The position numbers were made by a program, and so were the translations under genes. Below the pieces are notes generated by a model that was not told the origin of the DNA, made no database searches, and worked only from the letters and a program-made list of their open reading frames with translations. Of a DNA stretch of 64,000 nucleotides, positions 25,984 through 35,031 are shown one piece after another. Source of the DNA: a virus. Lineage: Duplodnaviria; Heunggongvirae; Uroviricota; Caudoviricetes. Numbering within the stretch: the stretch's first letter is position 1; every line of letters starts with the position of its first letter. The DNA lies in IMG/VR virus record IMGVR_UViG_3300031521_000016, positions 35,895 through 99,894 of that record. One strand, given 5' to 3'.

Positions 25984-26369
25984 AACATCATATCATTAGA
26001 TAAGTTATCTGCCCATGATGATACATTTAGTTCTGAAGGCATTACAAGACCTCCATGATCTTCTATAAACTCTTTCTGTGTCAAAATATGTTCGATTCTC
26101 ATAGTATGAGTACGACTACCAGAAGAGTTTGGTTCTATTGTTTCTATTAACCCTTCATTTGCATCAATTACACTTAAGATTTTAAGCTCGAAGAAATTTG
26201 TCTCATAACCACCGTCTGTATCTTCATGATAGTACTTATGATTCATATCTAAACTATCCATCATTCTTTTTCGACGGAGCAACTTAATATTTGTGTTCTT
26301 TATTTGAGCTTCCCAGTCTTTTCCGAGAAGCTCTTTCAATTCAAATTCAGTTAATGTATAATTTCTCAT
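25980..26369 (-). CDS. hypothetical protein
   Basis: Track ORF. Confidence 0.5.
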   Translation of the reverse strand: MRNYTLTEFELKELLGKDWEAQIKNTNIKLLRRKRMMDSLDMNHKYYHEDTDGGYETNFFELKILSVIDANEGLIETIEPNSSGSRTHTMRIEHILTQKEFIEDHGGLVMPSELNVSSWADNLSNDMML

Positions 26370-26668
26370 ACGATAAGTTTTAGATTTTTAGCACGATTAT
26401 ACATTTCACGATAGACTTCATTTTCTAAGAATTTATCTACACTACCAGACATATATTGTCCAGGCACATCTCCATATACGATTGCAGCACAAGGTTCGAT
26501 ATCGTCCATAAAAATGCCCAGATCATAATTACAACCTTTACTATCAGTAAATGGACCTAGATATGTACAATAGCTCCACATCCACTCAACAGCAGATGGA
26601 TAAAACAATAAAGTTACTACTGTTGAAAATTTAGGCTTTGCTTTCTGCGATTCCTCGTTCATATTCAT
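26366..26668 (-). CDS. hypothetical protein
   Basis: Track ORF. Confidence 0.45.
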   Translation of the reverse strand: MNMNEESQKAKPKFSTVVTLLFYPSAVEWMWSYCTYLGPFTDSKGCNYDLGIFMDDIEPCAAIVYGDVPGQYMSGSVDKFLENEVYREMYNRAKNLKLIV

Positions 26669-27056
26669 CTTCTTTTATAAAAGTTGCGTTGTCTTGTAGT
26701 TCAGGATATTTTCTCCACTCTTCCGGTACGTCTCCTTGACGCCATAAGTTGTTCGTATATCTAAAAGAACCATCTTTCATCTTTATGTAGAATTTTCTAC
26801 CACCGTGACCTGCAAAACGAGTTACTCCTGAAAGTTCACCACTGCCATGATATCTAGTGCCATCCACGATATAAGTATGTTCGTCGAATAATTGAATTTT
26901 TTCAATCCAAAATGCACAATTGAAGCAACATTTTTTGTCGTTCATGATATCTGATAGATTGCCTGGATGCATACCCTCAGTGCTGATCCAGACTCTATTA
27001 TGCGGATCGTGTGATTCTTCTCTATTGCATATTGAGCATCTTAGTTCAGTGTCCAT
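26631..27056 (-). CDS. hypothetical Cys/His-rich protein (possible zinc-binding)
   Basis: CSICNREESHDPH near the N-terminus and a later CCFNC motif. Confidence 0.45.
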   Translation of the reverse strand: MDTELRCSICNREESHDPHNRVWISTEGMHPGNLSDIMNDKKCCFNCAFWIEKIQLFDEHTYIVDGTRYHGSGELSGVTRFAGHGGRKFYIKMKDGSFRYTNNLWRQGDVPEEWRKYPELQDNATFIKEDEYERGIAESKA

Positions 27057-27499
27057 TAATCTTGCGATAAAAGTTCTTCTAATACGATCAATCTTTGTCT
27101 TTCTTTTTCTTCAGGAGATAATAAAGTTCCCAACTCAGCTTCAATAAGCTCTAGTTGCTTTTTCTTTTTTGAAACACCGATTACGTCTATGCGCAATTGC
27201 AAGTCTGTCTTCCATTGATCGATAGGATAGCCTTGCCATACATAGTCACTTTTCTTTACATTCAATTCACCGGCCGCTTTTTCGAAATAATCAGCTCTCA
27301 TTAATAAGAATGCCCACATTTCTACAATTTGTGCTACTTGTTGAATAGTGTGTAGATTAACTCTGGTACTAGAAAGTTCAGGATTAAAACTGAATGAGCA
27401 GTTGGTCAACCATGTAGGTTTTTCGATTTTCTTAATCTCTGCTCTTTTCTTTTCTGCTAACTTAAGCAGATCGTGAATTTTTTGATCGTTATTTGCCAT
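27056..27499 (-). CDS. hypothetical protein, paralog A of a duplicated about 150-aa family
   Basis: Shares WQGYPIDQW ... LSPEEK ... LLSQD with 29554-30006 (FLGYSIKDW ... LSPDDK ... LLSDD). Confidence 0.5.
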   Translation of the reverse strand: MANNDQKIHDLLKLAEKKRAEIKKIEKPTWLTNCSFSFNPELSSTRVNLHTIQQVAQIVEMWAFLLMRADYFEKAAGELNVKKSDYVWQGYPIDQWKTDLQLRIDVIGVSKKKKQLELIEAELGTLLSPEEKERQRLIVLEELLSQD

Positions 27500-27500
27500 T

Positions 27501-28646
27501 TTAATTGATGTGTATAGTTGTTTTTGAATTATTTTTTAGTTTGAGTGCTATTCTGACAAATGGTAATGTCGGTAAATCTGTTCTGTCATACAGTGTGATC
27601 ACTTTCTTAGAAAGTTCTTTTATGATTATTTCACCGAATAGATCAAATTCTATTGTACTTACTTTGGTAAGTGTGAACGTTTTAAATGTATAGTTGCGCT
27701 CTCCATAACTATAATATCCATTCGCGTGGTTTTCATTTTTTATTTTATGAGCAGTAAACTTGAAAACATCGAATGTATTACCAAACGGACCATCAGTTTT
27801 TATATACACTTTATCCGGTAGTACATAATCTTGGTCATCCGCTATTGGTTTACGATATGTTGATTTAAAGCTTAATTTGACATCTTCTGTCCAGAACTTA
27901 TTTACAACTCCGAAACATGGTTGAAGTAATAATTTTTCTATCAGATCTGAAAGATTAGATACAGGTGTAGAACTTATTTCTGATGCTATAGATGTTAAAT
28001 CAGATTTAGCTTCATAATTTTGACGTTTAACGTTATATACTACGTGTTTCTTAGAAGGTGTACAGTCAGATGATGAGCTCCAAGTCCGATAATCATAATG
28101 CATAAATTTGCCGAGATAGATTACAGGCTCTTGTTTTTTGTTTTCATATTCTCCACCAATAATCATTTCAGATGATTTTACTTTCTTGGCTTGAATAGAA
28201 GTAAATTCTTTCGATTTCTTATATTCTAAACTACAAGTAGGAATCAAAACGAGATCAGATTTATCCCATGCATATACGAAATCACCATCAAGTCCTTTTC
28301 CTTGGAATGAAGTTGTTTCCGATAAGATGAAAAGAAGGTTTGCAATAGTTATTTCAAACTCAAATCCTCTTGGATCGTAAATTCTAATCTTTTCATTACG
28401 GGCATTCCAACCCCAACGTTCTCTTGCTCCACCTACACCTTTATTTAGAACGAATCCAGATAATGGTGAATTATCGAAATCATCTACACCTAGTTTAGAC
28501 TGAATCCAATCTTTCCAAGATGTTTCTTTGCGTAGTTTGCCTTTCTGATCAATATACACTACATAAGCTAATTTGCCAGTGTAAGTATCCGATCTTTCAT
28601 TATACCCAACTTTTATTGTCTGCGGTATGTATAATTGTTCATTCAT
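27501..28646 (-). CDS. hypothetical protein (381 aa)
   Basis: Track ORF. Confidence 0.5.
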   Translation of the reverse strand: MNEQLYIPQTIKVGYNERSDTYTGKLAYVVYIDQKGKLRKETSWKDWIQSKLGVDDFDNSPLSGFVLNKGVGGARERWGWNARNEKIRIYDPRGFEFEITIANLLFILSETTSFQGKGLDGDFVYAWDKSDLVLIPTCSLEYKKSKEFTSIQAKKVKSSEMIIGGEYENKKQEPVIYLGKFMHYDYRTWSSSSDCTPSKKHVVYNVKRQNYEAKSDLTSIASEISSTPVSNLSDLIEKLLLQPCFGVVNKFWTEDVKLSFKSTYRKPIADDQDYVLPDKVYIKTDGPFGNTFDVFKFTAHKIKNENHANGYYSYGERNYTFKTFTLTKVSTIEFDLFGEIIIKELSKKVITLYDRTDLPTLPFVRIALKLKNNSKTTIHIN

Positions 28647-29554
28647 CGTCTTATTTCTTCGGTTTCTCGTGAATATGTATGAGTGTGTCTAGCATACTCA
28701 TTAGTTTTTATATTGTACCATACTGTAAAATCTTCATTCGTAATTACTCTTTTACCTAACCAAGTAGGAGCATGATTCCAGTTATCTACACTAGAATAGT
28801 AATCAGACGTGATTAAACATTCAGTTTGATCACTAGTTATAGATACTTTTATGTCTTTTTGATTTGGCAGACATACCGGGGTATTGTTATCGACCAATAT
28901 AAACTTTTTCTTGGCATTCTCTAGAACTAAAAATTTTCTATATTTTAAGACTAAAGAATTGATACGTTCCTTATAATTTTCGTTTAAAAGTTTTTTTACG
29001 CCGTTCACTTTGGCATAATATGCATCTTTATCCATAGCCGGATCTGCTTCATGGCATAATTTATCGACATATGTCTGAATTTTAAATTCTTCACGTATTT
29101 TACGAGCTAGATCATCAAATTCATCATTTATTTCATATCGACGTCTTTTAGCAACATCATATATTTTAGATGCTACTTTCCATCCAAGTACTTCATCAAT
29201 GCTTTTATTCTTATTACCTTTCATTGCCAATTGCTGTTCAGTAGTTAGCTTAATAAAATGATCTTCAGACAATTCAGCAATACATGGGATATACATATTC
29301 AGTTTCAATTTAGAGTACCATCGTGATTCTCTAAAACCTCCGGTCACATCGACCCAATTTACTCGATCAATTATGCTTAAGATATGATTAAAGCTTACTG
29401 TTTTAGAAAGCATGAAAGATGTGTGGAAGTTTTTTACTTCTTCTAACATCTTTAATGCCTTCTGCTCTTGTATCAAAAAGAATTCGAGATTCTTATCGGC
29501 ATGATAGTCTTTTTCCTTGAGATGGATATCAGTATAAACTGATTCCTTTTCCAT
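28643..29554 (-). CDS. hypothetical protein (303 aa)
   Basis: Track ORF. Confidence 0.5.
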   Translation of the reverse strand: MEKESVYTDIHLKEKDYHADKNLEFFLIQEQKALKMLEEVKNFHTSFMLSKTVSFNHILSIIDRVNWVDVTGGFRESRWYSKLKLNMYIPCIAELSEDHFIKLTTEQQLAMKGNKNKSIDEVLGWKVASKIYDVAKRRRYEINDEFDDLARKIREEFKIQTYVDKLCHEADPAMDKDAYYAKVNGVKKLLNENYKERINSLVLKYRKFLVLENAKKKFILVDNNTPVCLPNQKDIKVSITSDQTECLITSDYYSSVDNWNHAPTWLGKRVITNEDFTVWYNIKTNEYARHTHTYSRETEEIRR

Positions 29555-30006
29555 TAATTGTTGATAGATTCTTTTAATGCTGAATCATCAGAAAGCAAAC
29601 TTTCAAGCTCGATCATGTCACGGGTAAACTTATCGTCCGGTGAAAGATGTGTTTCCAATACATGGATAGCTTGTTCGTTCTTTTGATACTGTAAAATATT
29701 TTTGATTTGTTCAGCTCTAGTTTTTACATCGTCTGACCAATCTTTAATAGAATAGCCCAAGAACGTGTTGTCTACGGCAACTTCTAAACCCAATTCTTTA
29801 GCAGCTTCAGCACCTACAATAGATTGATTTTTAATAAATGCAAGAGCAGAAATACATTCGCCTAAAGATTCTAATTGATTAATGAATCCAAATTGCTCTA
29901 GTTTACGATTGACCGCATATTTAGCTTCTTGGATTTTATTCCATAGTGCTTTATTTTCATCAATAAGAGAATTCTGTTTGTCTAAAATTTGTTCACGTTT
30001 TAACAT
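29554..30006 (-). CDS. hypothetical protein, paralog B of the duplicated family
   Basis: See 27056-27499; length and motif order are collinear. Confidence 0.5.
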   Translation of the reverse strand: MLKREQILDKQNSLIDENKALWNKIQEAKYAVNRKLEQFGFINQLESLGECISALAFIKNQSIVGAEAAKELGLEVAVDNTFLGYSIKDWSDDVKTRAEQIKNILQYQKNEQAIHVLETHLSPDDKFTRDMIELESLLSDDSALKESINN

Positions 30007-30025
30007 ATATTATTTTTTAAAAATT

Positions 30026-30958
30026 TTAAAATACTAGGGATGACTTTGTTTCCCATCTGAAATACAATTTTGCATTTTCTCTAAGAACCAGATACTTGTA
30101 CGTATCTTTTATTTCAGATGCCATGCAATCATCATCTACACATATAGACATTTCATCTATGTCATATAGATTTGCACCAAATGGTAAAATAGTCAATAAT
30201 CTGTATGAAGTTTTCACATACTCTACGATAGCATTATAGAAATGCTTACTCGCATTCTCATCTATCCATTTATCGATTTCTGAGTTCGATTCAGATTTAT
30301 AGAGTTTTCTGAATGTTACTTGATCAGCTCCTAGAAATTTACATCTGTCGATTATCGCTTTTGGACTATAGTTATCGAAGTCATTAACTAAATTTATAGA
30401 TAATCTGATATTGAAATCTAACTCTTTTGCAAGGGCAATTTTATCGAATACATTAAATTCAGTACTTTTGGCACATCCTATTAATTCTAAATTGCGTAAA
30501 TTATCAACTATGTTTGAAATTGAAAATGAAATAGTAGTAACTCCAATACGACGTAAATGCGTCAAATTTGATTTATCCAGTAATACACCGGTAGTTTGTA
30601 GTTCGATGCTTTTAAATGGTGAAGTCAATCTTGAATTGATCTCAGAGAAGAAATCTAAGAATTGTGGATTTTGAATAGGTTCACCTGTACCAGTTAATAC
30701 TACTGTGTTACAGCCGTTATCTCTAGCAAATTGCAATCGATTAAAATAATCTTTGTAATACTGAGAGTCTTTAGAAATTATTTTATCTAATGCATGTCTT
30801 CTGGCTAAAGATGTGTTAAACTCTTTAAAATTCGGTTTAATCAACGCAGATATAACGTCATTGTATGGATTAGTATGAGTTCTACTAACACAAAATTTAC
30901 AGTGATTTATACATTTGTTCTTCGTCGGAACAACGATACTAAGACTTTGGATATTCAT
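30026..30958 (-). CDS. radical SAM enzyme
   Basis: CINHCKFC (CX3CX2C) at residues 16-23 and a downstream GTGEP SAM-binding motif. Confidence 0.7.
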   Translation of the reverse strand: MNIQSLSIVVPTKNKCINHCKFCVSRTHTNPYNDVISALIKPNFKEFNTSLARRHALDKIISKDSQYYKDYFNRLQFARDNGCNTVVLTGTGEPIQNPQFLDFFSEINSRLTSPFKSIELQTTGVLLDKSNLTHLRRIGVTTISFSISNIVDNLRNLELIGCAKSTEFNVFDKIALAKELDFNIRLSINLVNDFDNYSPKAIIDRCKFLGADQVTFRKLYKSESNSEIDKWIDENASKHFYNAIVEYVKTSYRLLTILPFGANLYDIDEMSICVDDDCMASEIKDTYKYLVLRENAKLYFRWETKSSLVF

Positions 30959-30984
30959 ATTGCTTTAGTTCTGAATTATTATAA

Positions 30985-30994
30985 AAATATAACA
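30985..30994 (-). promoter_or_regulatory. TGTTATATTT motif
   Basis: Between terminator 31008-31037 and the radical SAM start at 30958. Confidence 0.4.
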
Positions 30995-31007
30995 TATATT
31001 TTCACAC

Positions 31008-31037
31008 AAAAAAAAAGGAGTATCGCCACGATACTCC
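31008..31037 (-). terminator. rho-independent terminator (9-bp stem GGAGTATCG/CGATACTCC, 3-nt loop, then T9)
   Basis: Perfect stem followed on the minus strand by TTTTTTTTT; downstream of the flotillin gene stop. Confidence 0.7.
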
Positions 31038-31060
31038 TTTTGATATTAAGAAAGGTATTT

Positions 31061-32923
31061 TTATTCTTTAACGTCTGGTTTAGTCAATGGTTTTGTCGTT
31101 TCATCAGAGTTACGGACCATCTTTAAAACTTCCATACCTAATATACCATTTAATGCTCCATTTCCTCCTTCACCATTACCCGAAACAAGGACTTCAGGAA
31201 TAATTTTCACGTTGTTTATACCGATTTGTTCGATCACCTTAAACTTGGCGAAATTATCTTGACCCATAGAATCAACTTGCAATTTGTAAGATTCAGCAGT
31301 AGCTCTACCAATTGCTTCGATCTTGGTAGCTTCAGCCTTACCGGTAAGTTCAATTTGTGTTGCTTCAGCATCTGCATTAACCTTTTTAGCTTCAGCTTGA
31401 GCTCCAGCTTTAAGTTTAATTGCTTTTGCTTCACCTTCAGCTCTTTTTACTTCAGATTCTGCATTTCGTTGTGAAATTTCAACTTGTTGTTGAGCATTTA
31501 CAACTTCTCTTTGCATGTCTGCGATAGCTTCAGCAGATGCTAAAGTTTTTCTCATATCTTGAGCTTTTCTTTGTGTTTCAAATGTAACCTCTTGTTCCTG
31601 AGCAATTTTACGGTCAGTAAGAGTTTTCATAAGTTCGATAGGTGGAACAATATCACCGATTAGTGTATCAACGGCATGTACATTATATTCTTCTAATACT
31701 GCTGAGATTTTAGCTTTTGCGTCACCTTGTTTCTCTTGACGGTGGCCTAAGAATTCGATAACATCTGCATCTTGAGCAGAATTTCGGAAATAGTTACCGA
31801 TTGTTGGTTCAAGAACCTGTGATACCATGTTTTGCATAGATCCGAATCGGGCAATAACTTTAGGAGCTTCAGTAGATGGAACGTGAATGATCTGAGATAC
31901 ATCAAGGTTGAATGGGAAACCATCTTTTGAACGAACAGTAATAGTATTCAGATTCTTATCCAAGTTATGTGATTCTGTTCTTGCATTTGCCCAATTTAAT
32001 ACAAGATTTGTAGTAGGCACAACTTCAATCTTATGTGTATAAGGATTAATCGGATACTTACCTGGATTCAAAGTTTCAATCCATACACCCTTTTCACCTT
32101 TTTTCACGATGTTACCATGTTTGAAGTTTGCTCCGGTTACATCTTCACCTTCTTTTCCAACAAATGATATAACTACTCCAGCAGTACCAATTCCGATTTC
32201 AGTCATCGGTTTCTTTTCAATTTCCACTGCCCATGGGTTAAGTGAATATGTACCAGCCTGAATAACTTGCTCTTGCATACCTCTTTCTCCGCCATTTGCT
32301 AAGAATGTTTCAAAATCTTGGAAGTTATTATGACCATCGATAGTTGGACCAGCAATATTACCAGCACCTAATTGTACACCATCTAATGCAGTAACAATAC
32401 CTATCATTCCATCTTCTATAGATACAATATCAGTTTGGAATACATCGAACAATAAAGTATTAAGTCTGTATACACCAGTATTAAGATACCCAAGTTGTCT
32501 ACCACGTTTACCGCCATTGTTCAAGAATAGTCTGGCATTTTGAAAATTGTCAGAGTCTACACTACGAGCAAGCATAGTACCATCCGGTAATTTCTGTCCA
32601 TCTTTTGCGGAAATGATTCCTAATCTACCCTTTGGAATAACAGTAAGTGGTTCTTGCTTAATTTCATATTGCCAAATCCACTTAAACCAGTACAAACCTG
32701 GTGCTAATGTATCAGCTTGATAACCTGCTTCACCGTTTAATGCGATAATTTTACCGTCGGGTAACGATTTTTCTTTTCCGAATAGCACGAATTTTTTGAT
32801 GACAAGACCAATCTTATCTTCAGGAATAATAATCATCCCAAAGAATACTCTTAAGATGAACTTGTAAAATACAAGGGCTAGTACAACTACTGGCACCCAC
32901 CAATACGCTAATAATGCAATCAT
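31061..32923 (-). CDS. flotillin-like SPFH/band-7 protein
   Basis: N-terminal TM, SPFH-like core, and a C-terminal A/E/K-rich coiled-coil flotillin tail (AEAKKVNADAEATQIELTGKAEATKIEAIGRATAESY). Confidence 0.6.
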   Translation of the reverse strand: MIALLAYWWVPVVVLALVFYKFILRVFFGMIIIPEDKIGLVIKKFVLFGKEKSLPDGKIIALNGEAGYQADTLAPGLYWFKWIWQYEIKQEPLTVIPKGRLGIISAKDGQKLPDGTMLARSVDSDNFQNARLFLNNGGKRGRQLGYLNTGVYRLNTLLFDVFQTDIVSIEDGMIGIVTALDGVQLGAGNIAGPTIDGHNNFQDFETFLANGGERGMQEQVIQAGTYSLNPWAVEIEKKPMTEIGIGTAGVVISFVGKEGEDVTGANFKHGNIVKKGEKGVWIETLNPGKYPINPYTHKIEVVPTTNLVLNWANARTESHNLDKNLNTITVRSKDGFPFNLDVSQIIHVPSTEAPKVIARFGSMQNMVSQVLEPTIGNYFRNSAQDADVIEFLGHRQEKQGDAKAKISAVLEEYNVHAVDTLIGDIVPPIELMKTLTDRKIAQEQEVTFETQRKAQDMRKTLASAEAIADMQREVVNAQQQVEISQRNAESEVKRAEGEAKAIKLKAGAQAEAKKVNADAEATQIELTGKAEATKIEAIGRATAESYKLQVDSMGQDNFAKFKVIEQIGINNVKIIPEVLVSGNGEGGNGALNGILGMEVLKMVRNSDETTKPLTKPDVKE

Positions 32924-32944
32924 GTTTTTGTTTTTTAATTATGT

Positions 32945-33463
32945 TTATTTAATGTAATTCGAATTGAAAGTAGAATTTAAACTGTTTAATTTGTCTGTTA
33001 GCTTAGTAGTTTTTATGTTATCAATATTATACTTCTCTTGATACTCAGCATCATAACGTTCATATAGTGATTCAGGAGTACCTGTTAAAGAGTTAGTAAT
33101 AAAGTCATCGTCTACATCTTTTCGATGATTATGAATCCAGTATTCACCGACTTGTTTATAGTAGTACTTATAGAAATCTGTTGGCCAGAATATCCATAGA
33201 TCGTAAATAGTAAATTCTTGATGATAGTCTAATACAAATTTTCTTACATAGTATCCGCCATGCTTCCTGTAAATTTCATAGATAGGCGTGTGTCTTCCTA
33301 TGAACCGTTTAGCTTTAGGCAGTTTTATCTTAATAATGAGCTTCTTTGGAACAACATATGACAATAAAAAACGTAAGAATGCAATTCCACATAGAAAAAT
33401 AGCTATAGCGAATATTACCATTAATGAGTATACTATGATACATTCTAGAGGTTTATCATTCAT
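32945..33463 (-). CDS. membrane protein
   Basis: N-terminal TM helices. Confidence 0.45.
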   Translation of the reverse strand: MNDKPLECIIVYSLMVIFAIAIFLCGIAFLRFLLSYVVPKKLIIKIKLPKAKRFIGRHTPIYEIYRKHGGYYVRKFVLDYHQEFTIYDLWIFWPTDFYKYYYKQVGEYWIHNHRKDVDDDFITNSLTGTPESLYERYDAEYQEKYNIDNIKTTKLTDKLNSLNSTFNSNYIK

Positions 33464-33968
33464 AATTTTCTGTGTAAGTTTTGTTTAAATTTTCAATTTT
33501 CTGTTCAATCTTCTGAGTTTTTGATAGTCGTCTATTGTATTCAGTATTAGAGATAGCATCTAGCTCTTCATATTTAGCACATAGATCATTAATTTCATGC
33601 TCTATTGAAGCATAGTCTACAGGATGTCTATTAACCATTTCATATCTCCATCCTTTTATTTCGAACGGTATAGGACATAAAATGTATATCAAAATGTTTA
33701 ATGATTCAATAGAAGTCCATTGTAATGCATATTTTTCAATATGCCAATCATCCCAAGTATATGCAAGTTTATAAATAGGATCAACTTTAGAATCATATTT
33801 ATGCGACTTTCGCAAGTATATTTTGATTGTTTTACTATAGCATGCAAATATGCAATTCGAAATGATATTAAATGCAGCGTATGCAATAAAACAAAAAATA
33901 AAGAAAACTATCATTGGCATACCGTCAAATGGAGATGATAAAGGAGCTGATAATAAAAAATTACTCAT
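33456..33968 (-). CDS. membrane protein
   Basis: N-terminal TM helices. Confidence 0.45.
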   Translation of the reverse strand: MSNFLLSAPLSSPFDGMPMIVFFIFCFIAYAAFNIISNCIFACYSKTIKIYLRKSHKYDSKVDPIYKLAYTWDDWHIEKYALQWTSIESLNILIYILCPIPFEIKGWRYEMVNRHPVDYASIEHEINDLCAKYEELDAISNTEYNRRLSKTQKIEQKIENLNKTYTENYE

Positions 33969-34146
33969 CTTTTTTTGTTTTTACAGTAATATTATGGTCC
34001 CTTTTTATACGTGTCTTTTTCGTTAATGCTGAAACCACGTTAACAACCATAGAAGTTAATAGTGATAGAGCTATTAGTATGAAAATACAGTATCCAAATA
34101 ATCTGTCTCCAGATTGTCCATTTAGAAAATTAAAAAATTCTGTCAT
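33961..34146 (-). CDS. small membrane protein
   Basis: One TM helix. Chosen over the overlapping plus-strand ORF because of strand consistency. Confidence 0.3.
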   Translation of the reverse strand: MTEFFNFLNGQSGDRLFGYCIFILIALSLLTSMVVNVVSALTKKTRIKRDHNITVKTKKDE

Positions 34147-34309
34147 GTCGTTTAAAGTTGATCATTATCTATATCATGTGTAATATTCTTGTCCCACCAT
34201 TTTCCAAGTTTGGATGTAGGATATTTTTCGGCGATATAGTTACCGATAAAGAATATGGTTGCAAGTACAAGATATGTACCTAGAATCCAGTATAAAATTT
34301 GCATCGTTG

Positions 34310-34543
34310 TCATTTTTTAGGGCACCAATCAGGAGTTGAACATTCTTTACGTTTGTTGTATGGTCTACAGCTAGATGTTATAAGCTTGTAATTTTGTCTA
34401 TCTGCGAGATATTTTGAGCCCTCATCTTTTTTATCGTTTTCTTTGAGAGTACATGCTACAGCACAATCATCGTCACAGAACCAATCGAAAGGGTCTGGAT
34501 CATGTAATAGAACATGATATGGGCAATCTATACAGTTATCCAT
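34310..34543 (-). CDS. small Cys-rich protein (possible metal-binding)
   Basis: Nine Cys in 77 aa, including CIDCPYH and CDDDCAVAC. Confidence 0.4.
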   Translation of the reverse strand: MDNCIDCPYHVLLHDPDPFDWFCDDDCAVACTLKENDKKDEGSKYLADRQNYKLITSSCRPYNKRKECSTPDWCPKK

Positions 34544-34545
34544 GA

Positions 34546-35031
34546 TTAAATTTTGACAGTGTTAATAGTTACAATTAATTCGGCAATCTTATCATCCAAT
34601 CTTTTCTTATTGTCTTCAATAGTACTTATAACAGCTCTACATTGCATTCTGTAATGTTCCAGACATTCATCTGCATTATCGAAACATGCAACGAACGGTG
34701 TCGGTTTAAATGAATTTCCACTTCTACCCCAAGCGTATAGTTGTTCGTTATATTCATAAATCTGCACAATAGATTTGCATCGTACACCCTTTTTAGTTAA
34801 TTTCACGAGAGCATTCTCTGAACCATAAAGTTGTTTAACAGAAGGTGATTCAGATTTTGGTACGAGTATACATTTTGTAGGAACAGTATGTCTATATGCT
34901 CCATTACTACATAGATCAAAATCAAAATGTAAATAATTGCATACAAAAATTTCTTTCCCTAAATAAGGTGAATTTTTTTGAGCTAGAATTTCTGAATCAA
35001 GTTTCATATTAATGTGAATGTGAGGTTTCAA
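34546..35031 (-). CDS. hypothetical protein
   Basis: Track ORF. Confidence 0.45.
   Translation of the reverse strand: MKPHIHINMKLDSEILAQKNSPYLGKEIFVCNYLHFDFDLCSNGAYRHTVPTKCILVPKSESPSVKQLYGSENALVKLTKKGVRCKSIVQIYEYNEQLYAWGRSGNSFKPTPFVACFDNADECLEHYRMQCRAVISTIEDNKKRLDDKIAELIVTINTVKI

Noticed and set aside
27501-28646. KTDG tetrapeptide as an RNA/DNA ligase motif I
   Set aside because: It occurs about 285 residues into the protein without motifs III, IV or V, and the surrounding context is not ligase-like.
30026-30958. Calling the radical SAM protein a prokaryotic viperin
   Set aside because: Only the generic CX3CX2C and GGEP-like motifs are visible. Viperin-specific downstream motifs were not recognisable, so it is left as a generic radical SAM enzyme.
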